NCBI RefSeq assembly: GCF_000010625.1
Contig: NC_010296.1
Coordinates: forward strand, 810,001-842,000
DNA from: Microcystis aeruginosa NIES-843
GTDB taxonomy: Bacteria; Cyanobacteriota; Cyanobacteriia; Cyanobacteriales; Microcystaceae
DNA: 32,000 nt
Direction: 5' to 3'
Below the pieces are notes generated by a model. The model was not told the DNA's origin, did no database searches, and worked only from the letters and a program-made list of their open reading frames with translations. Every line of letters begins with the position of its first letter. The first letter of the stretch is position 1. This document shows, in pieces, positions 15,632 through 24,179 of the stretch. The position numbers and the translations under genes are program-made.

Positions 15632-16759
15632 ATGACTCGATCCTATTTTGCTACTACCGCTAGGGGACTAGAAGAAATTGCCGCTAGGGAATTAGAATTC
15701 CTAGGGGCCAAAGAAGTGAAACCCGTATTCACGGGAGTCCATTTTCAGGGGGATATCTCCCTACTCTATCGAGTCAATCTTTGGTCAAGAATTATGTTTC
15801 GAGTTTTGGTTCCCATTGCCGAAATTCCCTGTGGGGATGGGAAGGAACTGTATGATGGCATTCAAGCCATTGATTGGCGCGATTATCTCACCAGTGAGGA
15901 AACTTTAGCGGTACAATGTACGGGAACGAATGATCGCCTCAATCACACCCATTACACCGCCTTAAGCATCAAAAACGCTATTATCGACCAACAGCGTCAA
16001 CAGGGGAATCCCCGTTCCTTTGTGGATACAGAAAACCCCGACCTGCAAATTAACGCTCATATCGAGAAAAATCACTGTGTGCTTAGTTTAGATAGTTCTG
16101 GCCACAGTTTGCATCGTCGCGGGTATCATCGGGCCATGGGAGTCGCACCTCTGAAAGAAAGTCTCGCCGCTGCTTTGGTAGAATTATCGGCATGGCAGGA
16201 CGATATGGCGCTTTTGGACCCTTTCTGTGGTTCGGGAACCATTGTCATCGAAGCGACGTTAAAAGCTTTAAATATTGCCCCCGGTTTATCTCGTTCCCAG
16301 TTCGGATTTCAGAAGTGGCCAGACTATCAACCGGATTTATGGCAATCTTTGGTCAAGGAAGCTAAAGAAAAACAAAAATCTCGGCTAAATGCGCCAATTT
16401 ATGCTAGTGATGCCGATTACGAGGTTTTGCATCAGGCCGAGGATAATGCCTATTTTTGTCAAGTGCAGGACCACATTAATTTTAGCTTGCAAAGCATCAC
16501 CGACTTAGAACCGGCGAGCGATCGAGGGATTATTCTCTGTAATCCCCCTTACGGCAAAAGATTGGGCAATACCGAAGAATTAGGGGCCTTATATAAATCC
16601 TTCGGTGATGTCTTAAAACAGAGGTTTAAGGGTTGGACAGCCTATATTTTATCGGGTAACAAAGAACTGACCAAACAAATCGGTCTGCGTTCTTCCCGTC
16701 GCACTCCCTTGTATAACGGTTCTTTGCCCTGTACCCTCTTAAAATATGAGTTGTATTAA
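15632..16759 (+). CDS. THUMP-domain class I SAM-dependent RNA methyltransferase (RlmL/UPF0020-like)
   Basis: The 375-aa ORF has an N-terminal THUMP-like region, a SAM motif LLDPFCGSGT and the catalytic NPPYG. Confidence 0.85.
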   Translation: MTRSYFATTARGLEEIAARELEFLGAKEVKPVFTGVHFQGDISLLYRVNLWSRIMFRVLVPIAEIPCGDGKELYDGIQAIDWRDYLTSEETLAVQCTGTNDRLNHTHYTALSIKNAIIDQQRQQGNPRSFVDTENPDLQINAHIEKNHCVLSLDSSGHSLHRRGYHRAMGVAPLKESLAAALVELSAWQDDMALLDPFCGSGTIVIEATLKALNIAPGLSRSQFGFQKWPDYQPDLWQSLVKEAKEKQKSRLNAPIYASDADYEVLHQAEDNAYFCQVQDHINFSLQSITDLEPASDRGIILCNPPYGKRLGNTEELGALYKSFGDVLKQRFKGWTAYILSGNKELTKQIGLRSSRRTPLYNGSLPCTLLKYELY

Positions 16760-17737
16760 CTACATCAAAACCTTGAGACTGTCAAGGGCTAAATGAACAT
16801 TTTGACGAACTGAGGCAGCAGAAGTGTGTAGATCCAGACGTTCAGCATCGGTCAAACGCACTTCCAGAATACTTTCCACACCCCGACAGCCTAGGCGACA
16901 GGGAACCCCCAGATAGACATCCTGTAAACCGTATTCACCTTTAAGATAGGCTGCCGCCGGCAGTAAACGGGATTGATTTCTCAATATCGTCTCGACCATG
17001 ATACAGGCAGAGGAAGCAGGGGCGTAATAAGCACCGCCAGTTTGCAGTAATTTGACGATTTCAGCCCCACCGTTGCGAGTTCTCTCCACTAGACGATTAA
17101 TCGTCATCTCGTCCATCAATTCGGTAATCGGCACACCACTGACGGTACAGTAACGGGGTAGGGGCAACATTAAATCACCGTGACCACCCAAAACCATAGC
17201 ATGAACGTCGGCGGTACTAACCCCCAATTCCATGGCGATAAAGGTTTGTAAACGGGAAGAATCGAGGACTCCGGCCATTCCCATCACTCTTTGGGGGGGT
17301 AAACCGGTTGCTTGCCAGACTAGATAGGTCATCACATCAAGGGGATTGGTGATGACGATAAAAATGGCTTCCGGAGAATACTTGAGGCATTTAGTGGCGG
17401 CCTCGACAACAATTTTGGCATTGACATTCATGAGATCATCGCGACTCATGCCCGGTTTTCTGGCTAATCCGGCCGTAATCACGACAATATCCGAGCCTGC
17501 CGTGTCTTCGTAGTTATTAGTGCCGATAATCTCGCTGTCGTGCAGTTCTATGCCCTGAGCTTCCATCAAATCTAGGGCAATACCCTGGGGCAAACCATTG
17601 ACGATATCGAGGAGAACCACATCGGCGAGGTTTTTTTCGGCGATGCGTTGGGCCAGGGTGCGTCCGACGTTACCGGCACCAATAACCGAGACTCGGGGCG
17701 ATTGGCAGGGGATGAGTGTATCGTAGAAGTCAACCAT
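16760..17737 (-). CDS. mdh: Malate dehydrogenase (LDH-like MDH family)
   Basis: The 325-aa ORF has the Rossmann motif VIGAGNVG, the MDH-type substrate loop ITAGLARKPGMSRDDL and the catalytic-His region LGGHGD. Confidence 0.88.
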   Translation of the reverse strand: MVDFYDTLIPCQSPRVSVIGAGNVGRTLAQRIAEKNLADVVLLDIVNGLPQGIALDLMEAQGIELHDSEIIGTNNYEDTAGSDIVVITAGLARKPGMSRDDLMNVNAKIVVEAATKCLKYSPEAIFIVITNPLDVMTYLVWQATGLPPQRVMGMAGVLDSSRLQTFIAMELGVSTADVHAMVLGGHGDLMLPLPRYCTVSGVPITELMDEMTINRLVERTRNGGAEIVKLLQTGGAYYAPASSACIMVETILRNQSRLLPAAAYLKGEYGLQDVYLGVPCRLGCRGVESILEVRLTDAERLDLHTSAASVRQNVHLALDSLKVLM

Positions 17738-17763
17738 GATTTATGGATGAGGCAATATCCTCA

Positions 17764-17979
17764 TCAGACGGGTTCCAGTTGTTCGAGCTTTAGCCACACA
17801 CTGGGGGTAGGAACATAGAATTTAATCAAAGCGTAATCATCTTTTACATCCAAGACTTCTGCTGTCGAGTTGAACATATAACTGGGTAAACGGCGATCGC
17901 TGGCTAGGGCTTCGAGGCTATTTTCTAGGTTTCCCGTCACCACGCGGACTAAAGCTCCTTTCTTAATTGTAGCTGCCAT
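17764..17979 (-). CDS. ndhO: NAD(P)H-quinone oxidoreductase (NDH-1) subunit O
   Basis: The 71-aa ORF reads MAATIKKGALVRVV..LENSLEA.ASD.R.PSY.F......DYALI.FYVPTPSVWL.L.QLE. This matches my recollection of cyanobacterial NdhO and was not verified by search. Confidence 0.6.
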   Translation of the reverse strand: MAATIKKGALVRVVTGNLENSLEALASDRRLPSYMFNSTAEVLDVKDDYALIKFYVPTPSVWLKLEQLEPV

Positions 17980-18051
17980 GTTTTTCTCGTTAAATTTGCT
18001 TGGGGGTTTCTTCTATAAATTGTTACATATTCCGGCGGGCCTCTGACAAGA

Positions 18052-18107
18052 GGGTGTGGGGTGTGGGGTGTGGGGTGTGGGGTGTGGGGTGTGGGGTGTG
18101 GGGTGTG
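18052..18107 (+). repeat. (GGGTGTG)x8 heptamer array (eight G3-4 tracts)
   Basis: Eight perfect 7-nt units, read directly. Confidence 0.9.
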
Positions 18108-18125
18108 GGAATGATGAATTATGAA

Positions 18126-18187
18126 GTGGGGAGGTGGGGAAGTGGGGAAATTGAACTAAAACCCTAAAACCCTAAAACCCCAAAACC
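18126..18187 (+). repeat. Composite microsatellite module: (GTGGGGAR)n, short spacer, then (CTAAAACC)n
   Basis: The same two-part architecture recurs at 23930-24010 (+) and 20965-21040 (reverse complement). Confidence 0.8.
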
Positions 18188-18209
18188 TGCCTCCTACCTT
18201 TTGCCTTAA

Positions 18210-20861
18210 TTAAAACTCAACCATTTGACCATAACTTAAGAGACTTTGTAGGGTGGCGAGGCGATTTTCCCAGACCTGTATTTGATAGGCAGATAAATCT
18301 TTTTGTCTGGACATCACAGATTTAAATTTATAGCTAAATCGCTTTAAAGCATTTTGAGTTAAAGTCAAATTGCGAGGGCTGGGATTATTAGCCAACTGTT
18401 CTAATAGATTAGCCATTTCGTCCACTTCTTGCCCCCAAGCTTTTAAGGTTCCCTCCTCCATTGCCCATAAATTATTTATTATTAAAAAACTCCACTCTTG
18501 ACGCAGGGAATTAAACCTCGCCGCCGCCGTTTTGAAGGGTTGACGGTGGGGTAAAGGTTCGGTTTTTTTCGTAATTATCGATCCCTGAATGCGATTAAGA
18601 ATTGTTTGCAAGTTGGGATTGAGATTTTCTGTGGCAAAAAGAGCGAATCCCGAAGTGGGAAGATTACGAATAAATTGTAGTTGATCGATCGTGACTTGAT
18701 CGGGTACTTTTAACAGACGGATACCGGGTATAATCAGAGCATTTCCTGCAATTTGGCGATCAAATAAAGACTTGGTTTTATCTTCTAAAGTCCCTGTATC
18801 GAGAGCATAAGTCATTAAAAATATCAGGTCTATCCATTGATTTTGTCCCCATTCTTCCCAGTTTTGTTGAATACGATATAATCGTTCTTTTTGTTCTAGG
18901 GGAAACACCGCCGCCGACATTTTTAAGTGGGGGCGAATCTGTTTTAAGCGAGTAGAAACCTGCGAGACAAAAGTATCAACCTGACGGATTTTAAAGCTAG
19001 TCCATTGTTCCCATAAAGCACCCCGGGGATTTAAAGTAATTGGATCAACTCCCGTCATTTGTTTAAATAACCAGCGGCCGGATTTACCATAACCATAGGT
19101 TTGATTAGAATCTTGACTCTGGAAGGGATAGCGAATATAATCTAACTGCAAGCCATCCACATCATAATTCTTGACAATTTCCTCGTAAAGAGATAAAAGA
19201 TAGTTCTGTACCTCGGGATTAGCAGGATCAAAAAAGGCCTTTTTCATGCCTTGACTGTAATCAAAAGAACCACCACTTTTATTAGTTGCCCCCCAATCGG
19301 GATTACGGGATAAAACCGGACCTAGATAATCTAATGGTTGCTCTAATACTTTATTATGAGCTTGATTAGCCGCCGCAAAAACCCACACCCAGGCGTGGAT
19401 TTCCATATTGCGTTCATGGGCTAATTTAACGGCAACTTTTAGGGGATCCCAACCTCTGGTTAAAGGGTTTTGTTCGGGGGCAACTTGACTGGGATAAATA
19501 GTATAACTAGCATTAACTGTCTCGAAAAAGACCACATTAATACCAGCTGCCGCCATGCGATCGAATACTTTAGCTAAATCCTCCTCATTTTTAGCTTCTA
19601 CGATCGTTCCTCTATCTAACCACATTGCCCGTATTTCTGGCTGGGCAAATTGTCGATTAGTGGGATAATTATCCCAAAGACTTCGCCGCGCTTGTAACCA
19701 AAATTCTCGCGCTTGGGTATAGGCCCCCTGAGCAATTAAATTCTGAAAATTATTTAAGGCTCCTTGGGCATTTTCTAGGGCTAAACGGAATTGTCTGGCT
19801 GTATCTGAGGTGGGGGAATTTTTCCCGCGATTATGAAATGCTTGTGCTAAGGATTTATCAGTATTGGATATATTACTGTTGCTGGCTTCTAAAGCTAAGA
19901 GAGTCACCCCATAACGCCCGATTAATCCCTGCAATTCCGCCGTCATCTGGCTAATTTGTTGAGGAGTTAGGCTGGCTCTGGGGGGAATTGCCTCGGTACT
20001 CGGACTTAATCTCGCCGTTTCACTGGGGGGATTTTCTGAAATCTGCGGTAGAGGGCGACGGGGTGCGATCGCAACGCGCTCGCTACGCGAGATCGCTGTT
20101 GGGGTATTATTAATATTATTAACTATTGTTGATTGACCTTGACAATAGGGCGCAATTGTGTTATTAGAAGAACTGCGATTAATGCCGTAGCGTTGCAGGG
20201 CGGTTTCTAGCCAAGCACTATCGAGGGCGAGATTAGCGACGGCATCGCTGCCCCAGCGCCAACCGAGAAAGATCGAGTTATTATTGAGGACAACGGCGGG
20301 GGGATTGTTGCGCGCCCCCCAGACGGCAACGGTTTGGCTATTAACTCCCGTGGGGATAACCACACCACCGAGGAGACTGCTGGCTAAAGGTTTTTGGTTT
20401 TTCAGTTCACCCAAATTAGTCGGCCGCAGGGTGTAAGCTTGGGAGTGGGGATAGGCCCAGTAAGCCCCAAATAGCGATCGCAATTGATGACGCACAGCAG
20501 GTTCCGAAAGATTCCCCGCCGGACCGGTGACAATAATTTTACCACCGCGATTAAGCCAACGACTCAAGACATCAGCTTGTAAACCGGAAATAGTCTCGAC
20601 GTTGGGGATGATTAGAACCTTAATTTTATTTAAATCCGCGTCGCTTTGCCACTGATTACTCTGGAGAATGCAGTAATTAACCCCGACATTTTGCAAACGT
20701 TCGGTTATATCTGTCCATTGATTGGCATTTTCTTGACTTTTTAACACTGCCACCGGTGTCGCTAAAACTGGGATCGGCAGCAAGACACCCACACAGGACA
20801 AAAGACAGGCAATTAGGGGCTTGTTAAAAAGATGATCAAGATGGAAGGACGATCCCAGCAC
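18210..20861 (-). CDS. Large exported protein with a GHL10 (family-10-like glycosyl hydrolase, DUF187/YngK-type) domain
   Basis: The 883-aa ORF has a hydrophobic N-terminal signal-like segment and a Ser/Pro-rich linker. The central region (RAMWLDRG...INVVFFETV...NMEIHAWVWVF...DGLQLDYIRYP) is typical of GHL10. Confidence 0.72.
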   Translation of the reverse strand: MLGSSFHLDHLFNKPLIACLLSCVGVLLPIPVLATPVAVLKSQENANQWTDITERLQNVGVNYCILQSNQWQSDADLNKIKVLIIPNVETISGLQADVLSRWLNRGGKIIVTGPAGNLSEPAVRHQLRSLFGAYWAYPHSQAYTLRPTNLGELKNQKPLASSLLGGVVIPTGVNSQTVAVWGARNNPPAVVLNNNSIFLGWRWGSDAVANLALDSAWLETALQRYGINRSSSNNTIAPYCQGQSTIVNNINNTPTAISRSERVAIAPRRPLPQISENPPSETARLSPSTEAIPPRASLTPQQISQMTAELQGLIGRYGVTLLALEASNSNISNTDKSLAQAFHNRGKNSPTSDTARQFRLALENAQGALNNFQNLIAQGAYTQAREFWLQARRSLWDNYPTNRQFAQPEIRAMWLDRGTIVEAKNEEDLAKVFDRMAAAGINVVFFETVNASYTIYPSQVAPEQNPLTRGWDPLKVAVKLAHERNMEIHAWVWVFAAANQAHNKVLEQPLDYLGPVLSRNPDWGATNKSGGSFDYSQGMKKAFFDPANPEVQNYLLSLYEEIVKNYDVDGLQLDYIRYPFQSQDSNQTYGYGKSGRWLFKQMTGVDPITLNPRGALWEQWTSFKIRQVDTFVSQVSTRLKQIRPHLKMSAAVFPLEQKERLYRIQQNWEEWGQNQWIDLIFLMTYALDTGTLEDKTKSLFDRQIAGNALIIPGIRLLKVPDQVTIDQLQFIRNLPTSGFALFATENLNPNLQTILNRIQGSIITKKTEPLPHRQPFKTAAARFNSLRQEWSFLIINNLWAMEEGTLKAWGQEVDEMANLLEQLANNPSPRNLTLTQNALKRFSYKFKSVMSRQKDLSAYQIQVWENRLATLQSLLSYGQMVEF

Positions 20862-20964
20862 GTTTTTTCTCTTAATTTTTTGGTTAACTCCTCCTGATTT
20901 TACCCAACTTAGCCGAAAAAGAGGATCTTTGGGAACAAAAATTGCGTCTTAGTCGTCGGCAACA

Positions 20965-21040
20965 GGGTTTTAGGGTGTTGGGGTTTTAGGGTTTTAGTGG
21001 AAATTCCCCACTCCCCCATTCCCCCACTCCCCCATCTCCC
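20965..21040 (-). repeat. Composite microsatellite module (reverse orientation), abutting the murD stop codon
   Basis: (GGTTTTAG)n followed by (CCCCAYTC)n on the + strand. This is the reverse complement of the module at 18126-18187. Confidence 0.8.
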
Positions 21041-22389
21041 TACAACTGTAAGGACAATTGCCGAAAGTGAGTGCCGCGATGTTCAAAACTTGGGTATTGG
21101 TCAAAACTGGCGCAAGCGGGCGATAATAACACCACTTTAGCCTCTTTTGCCGGTCCTAGTTCAGCCGCGCGTTGAACTGCCCTGTCCATCGTTTCTACAC
21201 ATTCATAATCTTGATAACCTGCTGACTGTAAACGACGGGCAAAATCGGCGGCAGCGTCACCAATAAGCAGCACGGTGGCGACTTTTGCCTTAATTTCAGC
21301 GATCCAAGCCCGATCATCCCCTGCTTTCGCTTCTCCCCCCGCGATTAAAATCGCCGGACTCGGGACGGATTGTAAGCCCACTGCGGCGGCATCGTAGTTA
21401 GTTGCTTTACTATCATTAATAAAGTCTAGGCCTTTATAGGTACAAACATACTCTAGACGATGGGCAACCCCGGGGAAAGTGGCGATCGCTTCGGTAATGG
21501 CTTTTTTCTCGATTCCTGCCAATCTAGCGGCGGCCACAGCCATAAGCAAATTCTGTTGATTGTGACTACCCACCATTTTCAGGAGATTAACCGGGGCAAT
21601 TAACTCCCCAAAAGCCACGATCCAGTTATCTTGGAGATAAACACCACGACTAGGATCGCCCAAAAGCGCAGCTTTGCCCTGCACAGAAGTCCAGTAAGCT
21701 TGTTGCCATTGACTAACACCGATTTGACGCAGATAGGGATCATCACCGTTGAGGATTTGGCGATCGCTTCTTTGCAGTAAAGAGGCTTTAATCTGATAAT
21801 AATTTTCGAGGGTTTGATGACGACTGAGGTGATCGGGGGTAAAAGTTGTCCAGATGCCGATTTTCGGCGATAAATCCCGACTGGACTCGATCTGATAACT
21901 ACTAATCTCCGCAATAATCCAATCGTATTTATCGGCTTTTAAAGCCAATTCACAGGCAGCATAGCCGATATTACCGCAGGAAGGGGCATTTAACCCCGCT
22001 TTTTGAAAAATAGCGGCACAGAGGGCGGTGGTGGTGGTTTTGCCGTTAGTTCCCGTAATACCCAACCAAGGGGAAGATTGCAGATAACGCCAAGCTAATT
22101 CTAATTCTCCGATCGTATCGATGCCTTTTTCTCTGGCAGTAATTAAAATCGGGGCATCCCAAGGCACCCCGGGGCTAACCACGATAAGATTAGGCAAGTC
22201 CGAAGCCTCTAGACTGAGATTTTGACCAAGATTGACAATAATTCCTTCCCTTTCCAGATTGGTTTTGGTTGCTTGTAAACTGGGAGAATCAGAGCGATCG
22301 CTTAATGTCACCTGCCAACCATCCCGTTTTAAGCATCTTGCCGCTGCTATTCCCGATCTTCCCAATCCAATAATCGCCGCTTTCGCCAT
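21040..22389 (-). CDS. murD: UDP-N-acetylmuramoyl-L-alanine--D-glutamate ligase
   Basis: The 449-aa ORF has [11 protein letters not shown] at the N-terminus, the Mur ligase P-loop [12 protein letters not shown] and a C-terminal Mur ligase domain. Confidence 0.9.
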   Translation of the reverse strand: MAKAAIIGLGRSGIAAARCLKRDGWQVTLSDRSDSPSLQATKTNLEREGIIVNLGQNLSLEASDLPNLIVVSPGVPWDAPILITAREKGIDTIGELELAWRYLQSSPWLGITGTNGKTTTTALCAAIFQKAGLNAPSCGNIGYAACELALKADKYDWIIAEISSYQIESSRDLSPKIGIWTTFTPDHLSRHQTLENYYQIKASLLQRSDRQILNGDDPYLRQIGVSQWQQAYWTSVQGKAALLGDPSRGVYLQDNWIVAFGELIAPVNLLKMVGSHNQQNLLMAVAAARLAGIEKKAITEAIATFPGVAHRLEYVCTYKGLDFINDSKATNYDAAAVGLQSVPSPAILIAGGEAKAGDDRAWIAEIKAKVATVLLIGDAAADFARRLQSAGYQDYECVETMDRAVQRAAELGPAKEAKVVLLSPACASFDQYPSFEHRGTHFRQLSLQL

Positions 22390-22463
22390 CTTGTTGCCAC
22401 TCTACTCAAGAGTCAATTTTTAGCAATCTCTATCCTACTGTGGATTAGGTCGAGTAATAACTA

Positions 22464-22685
22464 GGGTTTGCGGCAAAAAGTTTTTCGGTGGGGGCAGGGT
22501 GTAGGGTGTGGGGTGTAGGGTGTGGGGTGTAGGGTTTTAGCGATTTTGAGGGGGTCAATTACCTAATTTTCAGGGAAAAAGTCCAGGGATTTTCCACCCG
22601 ATCACTACCAGATCTGGTACTTTTTGGAAACCAAAAAGTCTAAAAGTTTTACCCAACAAGGTTTTTAGATTTATTGAGCAAACCC
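22464..22685 (-). mobile_element. ~215-bp MITE, copy 4 (inverted orientation; alternating GGGTGTA/GGGTGTG x5)
   Basis: Flanked by TAACTA (22458-22463) and TAGCTA (22686-22691). It sits in the murD / DUF3747 divergent intergenic region. Confidence 0.8.
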
Positions 22686-22777
22686 TAGCTATCTTCCAAG
22701 AAAACAAAATTCTCTGGCTTACGTCTAGATCGATAAAATAAATGCAAGTACAATCTCTATAACAACGCTCCCTATTT

Positions 22778-23890
22778 ATGAATCTAAAATCATCCTTAAA
22801 ATTTACCCTATTGTTTTCACTTCTGGGGGGTTGTCTCCTGACTACACCGAGTCAAGCAACTCTCTTTGAACAAAGAGAAGTTAATCAAGAAGATTTTATC
22901 GCTATTGCCCGACCCTACGGTAACGGTAAATACGATTTACTGATTTTGCAACAAATCCCAGGAAAACGCCAATGTTGGGCGGTAAATGGCACAGAACCGA
23001 CCATTGTTCAGCCGCTGCTGCTCGATTTCGATTTTACCGGCAGTTGTGAACGGGCCACCGACAGTAACGGTTATTCCCTTCGCATTCAGGGCAAAGATTA
23101 CGGTTTAGAATACCTGCTGCGTATCGTACAACGCAACGGGGAATTAGTCCTTGTGGGAACCCCCCGCAATCCCAGGCAATCGGAGGTAATTATTGGACGG
23201 ACAAAAGGTTTAGGGAGCGGTTTAATGCAAATTTATCTCATCGATGGCTGGCGCTTTACTAAACGCAGTCTAGCTGGTCAAAATCTCAGTCATATCTATC
23301 TAACTGCCGATAGTCCCAATTTCAATCCTCCCCCAGAATTACTCGCGGGTAATAGTTATTCCCTCCCCAGAGAATCCGTCAAAGCAGAAACACCTGTTAA
23401 TCCTGCTGCTAATCCCGAAGTGCGAGAATATACCTTTACCGCTGCAGAAACAGCAGTAGAGAGCAATCCTCAGCCAGTGGTCAATAATCCAGTACCAGAG
23501 CCAAATTTAACGCCACCGTCCCCAGTTACCCCTAATTTACCCCCCCTGACTCCTCCCAATTCTCAGAATAATAATGCAATTGTACCACCACCGCCACCGC
23601 GCAACCTAGGCAATCCCAGAAGTTTATCAGACGTAATCACTTTTAATCGAGCCGCCGCTAATCCCAGTAGTGGTAATATGAGCAATAGTAGTCGCCAAGG
23701 TTTTAAAGTAGTAATCGAAGCTAAAACCGAGAGCGATCGCACTAGGGTTCGTTCTCTCTATCCCGACGCTTTCCCCACTTCCCACCAAGGTCGTCGCGTC
23801 TGGCAAATAGGCGCGTTTAGTAGTCGCGATAAGGCTGAAAACGCTTTACAAACTCTTGCCCCCCTGCGCGGATCGATCGTACCATTTTAG
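22778..23890 (+). CDS. Exported DUF3747-like protein with a Pro-rich linker and a SPOR-like C-terminus
   Basis: The 370-aa ORF has a signal-like N-terminus and the segments CWAVNG...LLLDFDFTGSCERATDSNGYSLRI. The C-terminal GFKVVIEAK...WQIGAFSSRDKAENALQTL resembles SPOR. The family call is from memory. Confidence 0.55.
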   Translation: MNLKSSLKFTLLFSLLGGCLLTTPSQATLFEQREVNQEDFIAIARPYGNGKYDLLILQQIPGKRQCWAVNGTEPTIVQPLLLDFDFTGSCERATDSNGYSLRIQGKDYGLEYLLRIVQRNGELVLVGTPRNPRQSEVIIGRTKGLGSGLMQIYLIDGWRFTKRSLAGQNLSHIYLTADSPNFNPPPELLAGNSYSLPRESVKAETPVNPAANPEVREYTFTAAETAVESNPQPVVNNPVPEPNLTPPSPVTPNLPPLTPPNSQNNNAIVPPPPPRNLGNPRSLSDVITFNRAAANPSSGNMSNSSRQGFKVVIEAKTESDRTRVRSLYPDAFPTSHQGRRVWQIGAFSSRDKAENALQTLAPLRGSIVPF

Positions 23891-23929
23891 GGAACGCTGG
23901 AACTGCGGAACGGGGAACAGAGAGTGGAT

Positions 23930-24010
23930 AGGGGAAATGGGGAAATGGGGAAATGGGGAAATGGGGAGATAGGGGAATTTCAACTAATACCCTAAAACCC
24001 TAAAACCCTA
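23930..24010 (+). repeat. Composite microsatellite module: (GGGGAAAT)n, spacer, then (CCCTAAAA)n
   Basis: Third copy of the module. It is followed by (GGGTGTR)n at about 24035-24065. Confidence 0.8.
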
Positions 24011-24140
24011 ACTCTCAACTCCTGACTTGAAAGGGGGTGTAGGGTGTGGGGTGTGGGGTGTAGGGAAGGAAACCTCTTTCCTCTGTGGGGGTGAAAATTT
24101 TTTCATCGGGACTGACTCCCCAGACTCCTGACGTCTAGAG

Positions 24141-24175
24141 TAACTGATAACTGATAACTGATAACTGATAACTGA
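24141..24175 (+). repeat. (TAACTGA)x5 heptamer array ending 4 nt before the prfB ATG
   Basis: Five perfect units, read directly. Confidence 0.9.
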
Positions 24176-24179
24176 AAAC

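Noticed and set aside
18156-18187. Telomere-like appearance of (CTAAAACC)n / (GGTTTTAG)n
   Set aside because: The arrays are short, internal and part of a recurrent intergenic module in an otherwise bacterial gene context. Nothing suggests a chromosome or linear-plasmid end.
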